Notes: generated by a model from the letters alone, not told the origin. Counted from the stretch's first letter, positions 9,651 to 19,468 are shown. The stretch: DNA of 64,000 bases from Spirochaetota bacterium (GCA_026415295.1 JAOAHJ010000002.1:7509-71508), one strand, 5' to 3'. Numbers and translations are program-made.

Positions 9651-10925
9651 ATGCTTGATATTAAATTTATAGAAAAAAATCCTGAAATAGTTAAAGATGG
9701 AATAATTAAAAAAGGCTTTAATTTTGATCTTGATTCTTTTTTAGAACTAAATAATAATAGGAAAAATATATTAACTAAAATTGAAAATTTAAAAGCAAAA
9801 AAAAATAAAATATCAAAAGATATACCATTAATTAAAGATAAAAAAGAAAAAGATGAATTGCTTAATACATTAAAAAATCTTAAAGAAGAAGAAAAAAATT
9901 TAGAGGAAGAATATAAAAAAATAGAAAGTGATTTTAATATTAAGTTACTTGAAATACCAAATCCTCCAGATCCTGAAGTACCGGTGGGGAAAAATGAAAC
10001 TGAAAATGTAGAATATTATAGATGGGGAACTATACCATCTTTTACATTTACTCCAAAAGACCATATAGAACTTGGCTTAGATCTAGATCTAATTGATTTT
10101 GAAAGGGCATCTAAAATATCAGGAACAAGAACATACTTCTTAAAAAATGAAGCTGTACTTTTACAAAATGCTTTAATAAGATTCACAATCGATCATTTAA
10201 TTTCTAAAGGATTTAATATTATCTATTCTCCCTTCTTTGTAAAAGAAAGAGCTATGGTTGGCACCAGTTATTTTCCTTTTGGTAAAGAACAAGCGTATTT
10301 TATAGAAAAGGATGATTTATATTTGATAGGAACATCTGAAGTAACTCTAATGTCTTACTATTTAGATGAAATAATTCCTGAAGAAAAATTACCAATAATG
10401 TTTGCTGGTCTATCGACTTGTTTCAGAAGACAAGCAGGAACTTATGGAAAAGATACAAAAGGATTATATAGGATACATCAATTTGAAAAAGTAGAACAAG
10501 TAATTATATGCAAAAATAATAAAGAAGAATCTGATAAATTTCATCAATTTTTATTAAAAAATTCATGCGAAATTTTAGAAAAATTAAATCTACCATATAG
10601 ATTAGTTAAAGTATGCACAGGAGATTTAGGAGCTGGACAAATTAAAAAAGATGATATAGAAGTTTGGATGCCCTCTAGAAATTCATATGGTGAAACTCAT
10701 TCATGTAGTTCATTCTTGGATTATCAGACTAGAAGATCAAATATAAGAGTAAAAACAAATGATGGTAAACTATATTTTCCATTTTCATTAAACAATACTG
10801 CTATAGCATCTCCAAGAATACTTATTCCATTGATTGAAATTTACCAGCAAGAAGATGGTTCAATAAAAGTTCCAGATATACTTATACCATATATGAATGG
10901 CATTGAGAAAATTAAAAAAAAATAA
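9651..10925 (+). CDS. serS: Serine--tRNA ligase
   Basis: MLDIKFI start, N-terminal coiled coil, GTSE, CFRRQAG, GLYRIHQFEKVEQ, DIEVWMP and LNNTAIA. Confidence 0.97.
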   Translation: MLDIKFIEKNPEIVKDGIIKKGFNFDLDSFLELNNNRKNILTKIENLKAKKNKISKDIPLIKDKKEKDELLNTLKNLKEEEKNLEEEYKKIESDFNIKLLEIPNPPDPEVPVGKNETENVEYYRWGTIPSFTFTPKDHIELGLDLDLIDFERASKISGTRTYFLKNEAVLLQNALIRFTIDHLISKGFNIIYSPFFVKERAMVGTSYFPFGKEQAYFIEKDDLYLIGTSEVTLMSYYLDEIIPEEKLPIMFAGLSTCFRRQAGTYGKDTKGLYRIHQFEKVEQVIICKNNKEESDKFHQFLLKNSCEILEKLNLPYRLVKVCTGDLGAGQIKKDDIEVWMPSRNSYGETHSCSSFLDYQTRRSNIRVKTNDGKLYFPFSLNNTAIASPRILIPLIEIYQQEDGSIKVPDILIPYMNGIEKIKKK

Positions 10926-10953
10926 ACTATAAAATTTATATAAAAACTTAATA

Positions 10954-11526
10954 ATGAATACAAAATATCTTGTTATTATTATTTTGCTTGTTCTTACATT
11001 ATCATTTTTTTTCATTAAAATAAAAATTGAAGAAAAATTGGAAGAAAAAGTAATAAATGAAATTCTAACTTTAGAATTTAGCCCATCTCAGAAAAACAAA
11101 AAATTAAATTTAAATGAATTAAATAACGAAGAATTATTAAATATTTATATTGAAGAAGATTTAATCCCATTAAGTGAAAAAAACTTTTTCTATGATTATA
11201 TTTCAAATATAAAAAAAATAGATTCAAATAATTTAAATTTTTCACAAAAAAATTTCAATAATCAAAACAATACCAATATTAAAAATAAAAACTTAATAAA
11301 CAATAAAACACTTTCCAAAGTGAATTTTCCTATAGATATTAATAAAGCAACCTATGAAGAATTAATTCAAATCCCTGGAATAGGTCCAACTCTTGCAAAA
11401 AGAATCATCGAATGGAGAGAACAAAATGGAAATTTTAATTCAATTGAAGATTTAATAAAAGTTAAAGGTATTGGAGAAAAAATATTTGAAAAGATTAAAT
11501 CATATTTTATAATTAATAATAAATAA
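10954..11526 (+). CDS. comEA: ComEA-family helix-hairpin-helix DNA-binding protein with N-terminal membrane anchor
   Basis: IDINKATYEELIQIPGIGPTLAKRII...F.SIEDL.KVKGIGEK. Confidence 0.8.
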   Translation: MNTKYLVIIILLVLTLSFFFIKIKIEEKLEEKVINEILTLEFSPSQKNKKLNLNELNNEELLNIYIEEDLIPLSEKNFFYDYISNIKKIDSNNLNFSQKNFNNQNNTNIKNKNLINNKTLSKVNFPIDINKATYEELIQIPGIGPTLAKRIIEWREQNGNFNSIEDLIKVKGIGEKIFEKIKSYFIINNK

Positions 11527-11545
11527 TTGTAAAAAAAGGTTTTAT

Positions 11546-12490
11546 ATGAAAATTTTTGATATTTTAAAAAAAACTTTTAAGAAAGAAAAGGAGAAACCTA
11601 ATAAAAAAAACATTCAAACCACAGATAATAAAATAGTTTATAATTATAATGATAATTTAGAAGAAACTATAGAAGATAAAAATAGCATTAAAATTGATGA
11701 AACAGAAATATTTACAATTATTGATAAATCAAAAATAGATAATTTTAATGATCAAATAAAAGAATTGAAAGATTTTGATAAAAAACTAAAAATAGGCCAT
11801 GAAGAAGAAAGTATCTCAAATTTAGAAAATGATTATGAATCTTATATAGAAAAAATTTCTCAAAATATTATTGAAGATAAAGAAAAATCAATATTAAATA
11901 AACCTGAAATTAATAAGCTAGTCTCAGATAAAAAAATTAATAATGAAGATGTAGTTGTAATGACTTTAGATGATCTCACAGATTATTATAAAAAAAGGTC
12001 AAAAGAAAAATATTTAATAGTTGAAAACAATTACGAAAACAATGTTGGAGAATATGAAGAAACTGAAAGAAATAAATACTTAAATCAATTTTCAGAAAAT
12101 ATTGCAAAAAACATTTTCAAAGATGAAGATCAAAATATTATAGAAAATGATTCAATTGATATTATAGAAGAAAATGAAAATATAGAAGATTTAGAGAATG
12201 AAACAAGTTATTTAGAAGAAAATGAAGAAATTAATCCAGAATATTTAAATAATATTGAAAATTTAGATGGAGAATTTAGTAACGATAAAATTTTTAATGA
12301 TGAATATAAAGAAGATTCAAATAAAGAAAAAAACTTACCAGAAAATTTAAAAGAACTAAAAAATATATTTGAATATTTAAATGAGCTTCTTGAAAAATTA
12401 CCGAAAGAAAAAGTAAAGAAATTTGTAAATTCAAATTATTTTAAATTATATAAAAAATTAATGTACGAACTGAATACAAAAAAATCGTAA
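11546..12490 (+). CDS. Acidic low-complexity protein with a conserved-looking helical C-terminus
   Basis: E/D/N-rich body; C-terminus ELKNIFEYLNELLEKLPKEKVKKFVNSNYFKLYKKLMYEL resembles a motif I recall from spirochaete hypothetical proteins. Confidence 0.7.
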   Translation: MKIFDILKKTFKKEKEKPNKKNIQTTDNKIVYNYNDNLEETIEDKNSIKIDETEIFTIIDKSKIDNFNDQIKELKDFDKKLKIGHEEESISNLENDYESYIEKISQNIIEDKEKSILNKPEINKLVSDKKINNEDVVVMTLDDLTDYYKKRSKEKYLIVENNYENNVGEYEETERNKYLNQFSENIAKNIFKDEDQNIIENDSIDIIEENENIEDLENETSYLEENEEINPEYLNNIENLDGEFSNDKIFNDEYKEDSNKEKNLPENLKELKNIFEYLNELLEKLPKEKVKKFVNSNYFKLYKKLMYELNTKKS

Positions 12491-12560
12491 TAATTAATTA
12501 AAATTTTCAACATATATTTTTCCATATTTTTATATTATTTTACATTATAAAAAAAATAAT

Positions 12561-12588
12561 TTGACAAATTTTAACTTTTTTTTATCTT
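12561..12588 (+). promoter_or_regulatory. Putative sigma70 promoter of the amino-acid ABC operon
   Basis: TTGACA-N16-TATCTT; GGGAG Shine-Dalgarno before ATG 12618. Confidence 0.5.
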
Positions 12589-12617
12589 TATAAAAACTTT
12601 TAAATTGGGAGAAATAT

Positions 12618-13370
12618 ATGAAATTTTTAAAAAAATTTGTATTAATTTTAATCCTCTTTTTGCTAGTTTTATGTTTATTTAATTGTAAAGCAAAAAAAGA
12701 AGTTGTATTTAATGTAGGTACAAACGCAGAATATCCTCCATTTGAGTTCAAAGAGGGAGAAGAATTCAAGGGAATAGATATGGAACTAATAAAACTTGTA
12801 GCTAATGAGCTTGGCATGAAAATAAATATTATTGATATGGACTTTGATGCACTTATTCCTTCACTGCAAGCAAAGAAGATTGATGCAGCAATAGCTGCAA
12901 TTACTATAACCTCTGAAAGAGCTCAAGTTGTTGATTTTACTATTCCTTACTATATTGCAAATCAAGCAATAATAGCAAAAAAGGAATCTTCAATATCTAT
13001 TTCTTCACCTGAAGATTTAGCTAAATATAAAATTGGTGTTCAAAATGGTACAACTGGTCAAATTTATATCGATGAAAATTTTGTTTCAAAGGGAAAAATG
13101 CCACCTGCTAATCTTGTTAAATATCCAACAAATATTGAAGCAATCACTGATATGTTAAATGGAAATGTAGATTTAGTAATAATAGATGATACTGCTGCTT
13201 TAGGTTATTCAAAATTAAAACCAATAAAAATAATCTTTACTATTGATACTGGTGAAAATTATGGTATAGCATTACCAAAAGGATCAAAATTACTTGAAAA
13301 AATAAATAATGTTCTTAAGAAAATTCTCAATTCAGACTCTTGGAATAACATCTTATTAAAATACTTATAA
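12618..13370 (+). CDS. Polar amino-acid ABC transporter substrate-binding protein (SBP family 3, probable lipoprotein)
   Basis: Signal peptide ending LFNC; VGTNAEYPPFE, FDALIPSL, ITITSER, VDFTIPYY, GVQNGTTG and YGIA. Confidence 0.93.
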   Translation: MKFLKKFVLILILFLLVLCLFNCKAKKEVVFNVGTNAEYPPFEFKEGEEFKGIDMELIKLVANELGMKINIIDMDFDALIPSLQAKKIDAAIAAITITSERAQVVDFTIPYYIANQAIIAKKESSISISSPEDLAKYKIGVQNGTTGQIYIDENFVSKGKMPPANLVKYPTNIEAITDMLNGNVDLVIIDDTAALGYSKLKPIKIIFTIDTGENYGIALPKGSKLLEKINNVLKKILNSDSWNNILLKYL

Positions 13371-13394
13371 AAAAAGTATTTTTTAAATTTATTT

Positions 13395-13450
13395 AAAAAT
13401 AGGGGAATCTATCTTTAATAAGAAAGTAAAGATATTCCCCTATTTTTTTT
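13395..13450 (+). terminator. Intercistronic hairpin / intrinsic terminator between the SBP and permease genes
   Basis: AAAAATAGGGGAAT pairs with ATTCCCCTATTTTT; inner stem ATCTTTA/TAAAGAT; followed by a T run. Confidence 0.75.
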
Positions 13451-13526
13451 ATTTTTTTTAAAAAAATATTGAAAATTGAATTTTTTATTTAATAATTTTA
13501 GTTAGAAAAACAATAGGATATTTATT

Positions 13527-14234
13527 ATGGGTCTATTATTTTTTTTAGAAAAATTGAAAGAATCCTTTTTATTTATTATTAAAGTTTTTCCAATATTAAT
13601 GAACGGTTCATTAGTTGCAATTGAAATAACAATATTTTCTATATTTATAGGAATGGTTATTGGTATAATTGTTGCCTTTTTACACATTTATGGTTCAAAA
13701 CTAATTAAAAAAATAATCTATTTTTATGAATGGGTTATGAGAGGAACTCCTATACTTGTAATACTATTCTTTCTATATTTTGGTTTGCCAAAAATTCCTT
13801 TAATTGGAATCAATTTAAATCCTTTCGTAGCCGTTGTAATCGGTCTTGGATTATGTTCATCTGGATATCAAGCACAAATTTACAGAGGCGCTATTTTATC
13901 AATAGGTTCTCAACAAATGGAAGCTGGTCTTTCACTTGGTATGACAAAGTTTGAAACCTTTTTTAATATTATACTTCCACAAGCTGTTAGATTATCATTA
14001 CCAGGGTTTACAAATGAGTTTACAATTGTTTTAAAAGACTCTCCTCTGGCTTATGCTGTTGGAATATCTGAAATTTTAAAAAATGGAAGAGATATTATTG
14101 TTCAAACTGCAAGACCTTTTGAAGTTTATTTTGCTGCTGCGATTTTATATTTTGTTTTGTTTCAATTGTTTTATAACTTATTTAAATATATTTCTAAAAA
14201 GTTTGAAGTACCAGGATTTTTAATATCACAATGA
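13527..14234 (+). CDS. Polar amino-acid ABC transporter permease
   Basis: RGTPILV, EAA-like loop QMEAGLSLGM, IILPQAVR and KDSPLA. Confidence 0.93.
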   Translation: MGLLFFLEKLKESFLFIIKVFPILMNGSLVAIEITIFSIFIGMVIGIIVAFLHIYGSKLIKKIIYFYEWVMRGTPILVILFFLYFGLPKIPLIGINLNPFVAVVIGLGLCSSGYQAQIYRGAILSIGSQQMEAGLSLGMTKFETFFNIILPQAVRLSLPGFTNEFTIVLKDSPLAYAVGISEILKNGRDIIVQTARPFEVYFAAAILYFVLFQLFYNLFKYISKKFEVPGFLISQ

Positions 14235-14306
14235 CATAAAAATATTTAACGACTTATCAATTTTAGTTTTATTTAAAAAATTTATTAAAAATTTCAAGGA
14301 GAAAAA

Positions 14307-15056
14307 ATGGCTATATTAGAAGTTAAAGACATCAAAAAAAGATTTGGGCATAATGTTATTTTAGATGGTGTTTCATTTAGTGTAGAAAAAGGGGAGGTTA
14401 AAGTTATTATTGGTCCTTCTGGTACTGGAAAATCTACTCTTCTTAGATGCATAAACATGCTAAACCCTCCAGATTCAGGTGAAATTTATATTGAGGGTGT
14501 AAATATAACATCACATAAAGTTGATCTACATAAAATAAGAAGAAAAATAGGAATGGTATTTCAACATTTTGCTCTTTTTAAACATTTAAAAGCTATTGAT
14601 AATGTTGCATTAGGATTAATAAAAGTTCTTAAAATGCCAAAAAAAGAAGCTTATGAAAAAGCAATGTTTGAGTTAGCTAGAGTTGGTCTTGCTGATCATA
14701 AAGATAAATATCCAGCAGAACTTTCTGGTGGACAACAACAAAGAGTTGGTATAGCGAGAGCCCTTGCAATGGATCCAATATTAATGCTTTTTGATGAACC
14801 AACATCAGCATTAGATCCTGAACTTATTGGTGAAGTTTTACAGGTAATGCAAAAGCTCGCTATGGAAGGAATGACAATGATTTGTGTAACCCATGAAATG
14901 GGATTTGCAAAAAATGTTGCCAATGAAATAATCTTTATGGAAAAAGGGAAAATTGTTGAATCTGGTTCTCCGAAAGAAATGTTTACTAATCCAAAAAATG
15001 AAAGAACAAAATCTTTTTTAAATAAAATTTCTGAGTTGTATGGAGAAGAAAAATGA
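14307..15056 (+). CDS. Polar amino-acid ABC transporter ATP-binding protein (GlnQ-like)
   Basis: GPSGTGKST, LSGGQQQR, DEPTSALDPE and VTHEMGFA. Confidence 0.95.
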   Translation: MAILEVKDIKKRFGHNVILDGVSFSVEKGEVKVIIGPSGTGKSTLLRCINMLNPPDSGEIYIEGVNITSHKVDLHKIRRKIGMVFQHFALFKHLKAIDNVALGLIKVLKMPKKEAYEKAMFELARVGLADHKDKYPAELSGGQQQRVGIARALAMDPILMLFDEPTSALDPELIGEVLQVMQKLAMEGMTMICVTHEMGFAKNVANEIIFMEKGKIVESGSPKEMFTNPKNERTKSFLNKISELYGEEK

Positions 15057-15727
15057 ATTTTTTTGAAAAATTATTTATTAGGATGCCAGATTTCATCAAA
15101 GGAATATCTCTAACTATTGAATTAACATTATTTTGTGCTATCTTTGGTTTCCTCCTTGCTATTCCTCTTGTTATTGGAGTTATTTATGGCAATAAATTTT
15201 TTAAGAATTTATCAAAGGCTTATATTACTATTGTTAGAGGAACTCCAATGATAGTTCAAATGTTTTTTATATATTATGGCTTACCTGGAATTGGAATAAA
15301 ATTGAAACCTTTTCATGCAGCACTTATTGGATTCGTTCTTAATTCAGCAGCTTATCAGTCAGAATATTTGAAAGGTGGCTTTTTAGCTATTACAACAGAA
15401 CAACTTGAAGCAGCATATTCAATAGGACTTAATAAATGGGAAGCCATAAGATACATAATTTTTCCTCAGGCAGTAAGATTTTCTATACCAGCACTTACAA
15501 ATGAAATTATTTACCTTATAAAATATACTTCCGTTGCTTATTTAATAGCTGTTCCTGAACTATTTGCTCAAGCAAAATTTTTTGCTTCTGATACATATTA
15601 TTATATAGAAACATTTGTTTTAATCGGAGTTTTATATCTTCTAATGATTTTTGTTATAACAAAACTTGCAGATTGGATTGAGAAAAAATTATATATCCCT
15701 GGTTTTGATATTTCACATTTAAAATAA
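15053..15727 (+). CDS. Polar amino-acid ABC transporter permease (second)
   Basis: RGTPMIVQ, QLEAAYSIGL and IIFPQA; ATGA overlap with the ATPase gene. Confidence 0.93.
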   Translation: MNFFEKLFIRMPDFIKGISLTIELTLFCAIFGFLLAIPLVIGVIYGNKFFKNLSKAYITIVRGTPMIVQMFFIYYGLPGIGIKLKPFHAALIGFVLNSAAYQSEYLKGGFLAITTEQLEAAYSIGLNKWEAIRYIIFPQAVRFSIPALTNEIIYLIKYTSVAYLIAVPELFAQAKFFASDTYYYIETFVLIGVLYLLMIFVITKLADWIEKKLYIPGFDISHLK

Positions 15728-15800
15728 TTTAAATATTTTCTAAAATTGACTTTTTTTCAAAAATTTATTATATTCATAAAAAATGATGAGATAAATAATT

Positions 15801-16292
15801 ATGGAGAAAATTAAAAGTTATTTTGTTATTTTTATTTTTTTTCTTTTTATTTTTTCAATGATTTTATTCCCAAATTCAGAAATAAATTGGATATCATATG
15901 ATGATGCATTAAATTTATCAAAAAAAACAAACAAATTTATTTTTCTCTATTTTTGGACAGAATCTTGTCCCTATTGCAATAAAATGAAAAATATTACTCT
16001 GTCAAATAAAGAAGTTATTAATTATTTAAATGAAAATTTTCATTCTGTTTCTATTAATGCTAATTCCAACTCAATTGCATCTGGAATACTAAATAAAACA
16101 GGAAACTCTTTAGCTAGTCAATATATGATTCAGGGTGTGCCTACATCAATTTTTCTTAAACCTAACGGTGAAGTTTTATATAATATTCCTGGATATATTG
16201 AATATCCTAATTTTTTGCTTATTCTTAAATACATTAACACAAGGTCTTATGAAAAAATGAATTTTAATGATTTTAAAAAATCTAATCAATAA
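15801..16292 (+). CDS. Exported thioredoxin-fold protein (SoxW-like)
   Basis: Signal peptide, WTESCPYC, GVPTSIF and IPGY. Confidence 0.85.
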   Translation: MEKIKSYFVIFIFFLFIFSMILFPNSEINWISYDDALNLSKKTNKFIFLYFWTESCPYCNKMKNITLSNKEVINYLNENFHSVSINANSNSIASGILNKTGNSLASQYMIQGVPTSIFLKPNGEVLYNIPGYIEYPNFLLILKYINTRSYEKMNFNDFKKSNQ

Positions 16293-16427
16293 AGAATTTA
16301 AAAATTTTTTATTATATTAGAATTAACCCAAGTTAATTAATATTATAAATTAATTATAACTAAAATATTTTAATTCTTAAAGAAAAATTTATTTTTTTAA
16401 TATAATCATTTTAATAAAATTTTATTA

Positions 16428-17150
16428 ATGAATGGAATCGGTAATATAGTTGATGTAAATTTTGCTTTAGCTTTTATTTCTGGTATATTAGCTTTTTTTT
16501 CCCCTTGTACATATCCTCTACTACCATCATTTATTGCAATGATTTCAAATAGTTCCTTTGAAAATATTCATCAAAATAATAAGATAGAATTAAAAAAAAA
16601 CATAAATTTAAAAATTTTATTTAGTAATTTAATTTTACCAATAATTTCTTTTGGAATTGGATTTACATTAATTTTTACCTTACTTGGAGCTTCTTCAACT
16701 ATAATAGGAAAAATTTTAATAAAATATAAAAAGATTTATTCTATAATAACCTCTATTATTATAATTATCCTTGGACTATTTTTATCTGGAATTATAAAAA
16801 TAAAACAACTAAATTTTGAAAAAAGGATTTATATTAAAAAGGAAAGTAGAGGCCTTTTTTTTCCTTTTATATTTGGAGTAACTTTTGCTTTTGGATGGTC
16901 TCCATGCATAGGACCTATATTAGCTTCAATACTTATAATTGCTTCTTCTCTTAACTCTTTAACAAAAGGGGTCCTTCTCCTTCTAACTTTCTCTTTCTCT
17001 TTTTTATTAATGTTTTTAATTGCAGGAATAATTTTTTATTTTTCTATCAATTCAATAAAAAAATTAAATAAATTTATTCCTGCTATTAAAATAATATCGT
17101 CTATAATTATTATTATTTACGGGATACTCTTTTTTATTAAAAATTTTTAA
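16428..17150 (+). CDS. ccdA: CcdA/DsbD-family transmembrane thiol-disulfide transporter
   Basis: FFSPCTYPLLP and GWSPCIGPIL motifs; about 6 TM helices. Confidence 0.9.
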   Translation: MNGIGNIVDVNFALAFISGILAFFSPCTYPLLPSFIAMISNSSFENIHQNNKIELKKNINLKILFSNLILPIISFGIGFTLIFTLLGASSTIIGKILIKYKKIYSIITSIIIIILGLFLSGIIKIKQLNFEKRIYIKKESRGLFFPFIFGVTFAFGWSPCIGPILASILIIASSLNSLTKGVLLLLTFSFSFLLMFLIAGIIFYFSINSIKKLNKFIPAIKIISSIIIIIYGILFFIKNF

Positions 17151-17292
17151 AATTTTTTTATTAAATTTTAATGTACACTACAAAAATCTTAAGAATATTT
17201 TTTTTATTTTATTTAATTTAAATAATTTTCTAAAAATATTTGAATTAAAATTAATTTAATTATTTAATAATAAATTATTCAATAAATTAGTC

Positions 17293-17320
17293 TTGACAAT
17301 AAAGAAATTTTTATTAGATT
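17293..17320 (+). promoter_or_regulatory. Putative sigma70 promoter of tRNA-Leu
   Basis: TTGACA-N16-TAGATT, about 60 nt upstream of the tRNA. Confidence 0.5.
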
Positions 17321-17381
17321 TTTATTACAACAAAATATAGAATTATTTTTAAAATAAATTATAAGAAATAAAAATTTCTAT

Positions 17382-17463
17382 GCAGCAGTGGTGGAATGGC
17401 AGACACACTAGCTTGAGGGGCTAGCGGGTAACTCCCGTGCGGGTTCAACTCCCGCCTGCTGCA
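17382..17463 (+). tRNA. tRNA-Leu(GAG), class II with long variable arm, CCA not encoded
   Basis: Acceptor stem GCAGCAG/CTGCTGC; D arm GTGGAATGGCAGACAC; anticodon stem CTAGC/GCTAG with loop TTGAGGG; variable arm CGGG-TAACT-CCCG; T arm GCGGG-TTCAACT-CCCGC; discriminator A. Confidence 0.97.
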
Positions 17464-17527
17464 TTTTTTTATTTTAAATAATTTTACATATTTGATTTTT
17501 ATTAAATAGAAATTTAATTAATTAAAA

Positions 17528-18673
17528 ATGGAAAAACAGAAATCTGGATTTTTATCCATTGAAAACATACTTTTTTTCATACTTTTTATACTTATATTTA
17601 TTTTTATAATAATTTTATTAAGACCATTTTTTTTTATTATTATTTGGAGCACTGTTTTATCTATATTAATAAGTCCTATTTTTAATTATATATTATCAAT
17701 AATTAAAAATTTATTAAATAAATTAATAATAAAAAATCGAAAATTTGAAAAATTTAATTCTAAAATCTATTTTATAGTAAAATGTATACTTGGTTTTATA
17801 TTTTGTGCTGCTGTTTTTTTATTAATAGTTATTCCATCTTTCTATTTTTTCTCAAGTTTTAGTAAGCAACTTCTAAACATTGGAAAAGATTTACTAAATT
17901 TTATCAATAAAAATCCAAAACTATTTTCAATAGAATATTATGAAAATTTTGTTGATTTTTTATATGAAATTAGTAATGGACTTATTAATTTAAAAACTTT
18001 AAATTTAAAATATGAATTGACTAACCTTATTCAAAAATTTTCAATAACTGTCTTTGAAAATACAACAAAGATATTTAATAGTTTAATAAAAATTATAGTT
18101 AATATATTTTTTATAATTTTTACTTTATACTTTTTTTTAATAGATGGCGAATATTTAAAAAATATTTTCATATCTTCTATTCCAATTAAAAAAGATTATA
18201 TAGAAATTTTTGTTAAAAAGTTTAAGGAAGTATCAAAAGCAATAGTTAATGGTTATATATTGGTTTCTTTATTACAAGCTTCAATTGCAACTTTAATATT
18301 TTACATATTCAAAATAAATAATTACCTTATATGGGGTTTTTTAGTATTTTTATCTACTTTTATACCAATTTTTGGAAATGCAGGGGTTTGGATCCCTTTA
18401 AGCCTTTCAAAAATTTTTATATCAGGACAGGCAAAAGATGGTATTTTGCTTGCTATTTCATGTTTAATTTTTGTAACCATTCTAGATTATATACTAAGGC
18501 CTATTCTTTTAAGAATAACATTAAACCTTCATCCTTTTCTTATTTTTTTAGCAATGTTAGGTGGAATTTACACTTTTGGTTTATCTGGAATAATTCTTGG
18601 ACCTTTTATATATATACTCTTTTTTACAGTTCTTGATATTTTTTTAGAATTAAAACATACAAATCAAAATTAA
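17528..18673 (+). CDS. AI-2E family transporter
   Basis: Multi-TM protein with YFFLIDG, FIPIFG..VWIP, DYILRP, LHP..IFLAMLGG..FG.SGIILGP. Confidence 0.9.
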   Translation: MEKQKSGFLSIENILFFILFILIFIFIIILLRPFFFIIIWSTVLSILISPIFNYILSIIKNLLNKLIIKNRKFEKFNSKIYFIVKCILGFIFCAAVFLLIVIPSFYFFSSFSKQLLNIGKDLLNFINKNPKLFSIEYYENFVDFLYEISNGLINLKTLNLKYELTNLIQKFSITVFENTTKIFNSLIKIIVNIFFIIFTLYFFLIDGEYLKNIFISSIPIKKDYIEIFVKKFKEVSKAIVNGYILVSLLQASIATLIFYIFKINNYLIWGFLVFLSTFIPIFGNAGVWIPLSLSKIFISGQAKDGILLAISCLIFVTILDYILRPILLRITLNLHPFLIFLAMLGGIYTFGLSGIILGPFIYILFFTVLDIFLELKHTNQN

Positions 18674-18958
18674 TAATTATACTAAATTTAAACACCAATT
18701 CTATATATACACATGTATCATATATATACGCATAAATTTATATAAAAATTAAATTTTTAAAATTATAAAAAATTTGTTTACTAAAGATAAGATTTTATTA
18801 TACTGCTGTGTTTTTATTATACACATTATTTATTTAAAAAATAATAAAAATAATTAATTCTTTATATTTAATCTACAGGTTTCTAATAATTATCAGTTTT
18901 ATAAACCTTAATTAAAATTTGAAATTTATTTTTAATTAAACTATAAATATAAAATTTA

Positions 18959-18975
18959 TGGCATATTATTTGCTA
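18959..18975 (+). promoter_or_regulatory. Sigma54 (-24/-12) promoter of hsp20
   Basis: TGGCATATTATTTGCTA has exact GG-N10-GC spacing and matches TGGCA-N6-TTGCW; GGAGGT Shine-Dalgarno downstream. Confidence 0.8.
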
Positions 18976-19010
18976 ATGTTAAAATGAATAAAAATTAAAG
19001 GAGGTAGACT

Positions 19011-19445
19011 ATGGCAAAAAGAGATTTAATTTTTTGGTCACCTTTTAAAGAACTTGAAGATTTAAAAAATGAAATTGATAAATTCTTCAATTGGGATTAC
19101 GATTCTCCAATAAAATTAAATGCCCCTGCAATTGATATTGAACAGGATGAAAACAATTTTTACATAAAAGCTGATATTCCAGGACTTACAAAAGATGATA
19201 TTGAAATCGAATTAAAAGATGGAATGCTAACTCTTAGGGGAGAAAAAAAAGTAGAAAAAGAGGAAAAGAAAAAGGAATGTTTTAGAAAAGAAAGATGGGA
19301 AGGTAAGTTTGAAAGAACAATAAGTCTCCCAGATTATATCGATACTGAAAAAGCTGAAGCTACCTATAATAATGGGGTTTTAGAAATAACATTACCAAAG
19401 AAGGAAGAGAAAAAACCTAAAAAATTAACATTAAAAATAAAATAG
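19011..19445 (+). CDS. Hsp20 / alpha-crystallin small heat-shock protein
   Basis: PAIDI, ADIPGL, LTLRGEK, ER..GKFERTISLP, A.YNNGVLEITLPK and C-terminal LKI. Confidence 0.95.
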   Translation: MAKRDLIFWSPFKELEDLKNEIDKFFNWDYDSPIKLNAPAIDIEQDENNFYIKADIPGLTKDDIEIELKDGMLTLRGEKKVEKEEKKKECFRKERWEGKFERTISLPDYIDTEKAEATYNNGVLEITLPKKEEKKPKKLTLKIK

Positions 19446-19468
19446 TACTATGAATAACATCTTATAAT

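Noticed and set aside
17382..18673. tRNA-Leu as an integration site for an island
   Set aside because: No integrase is present, and I saw no duplicated tRNA 3' end in the window.
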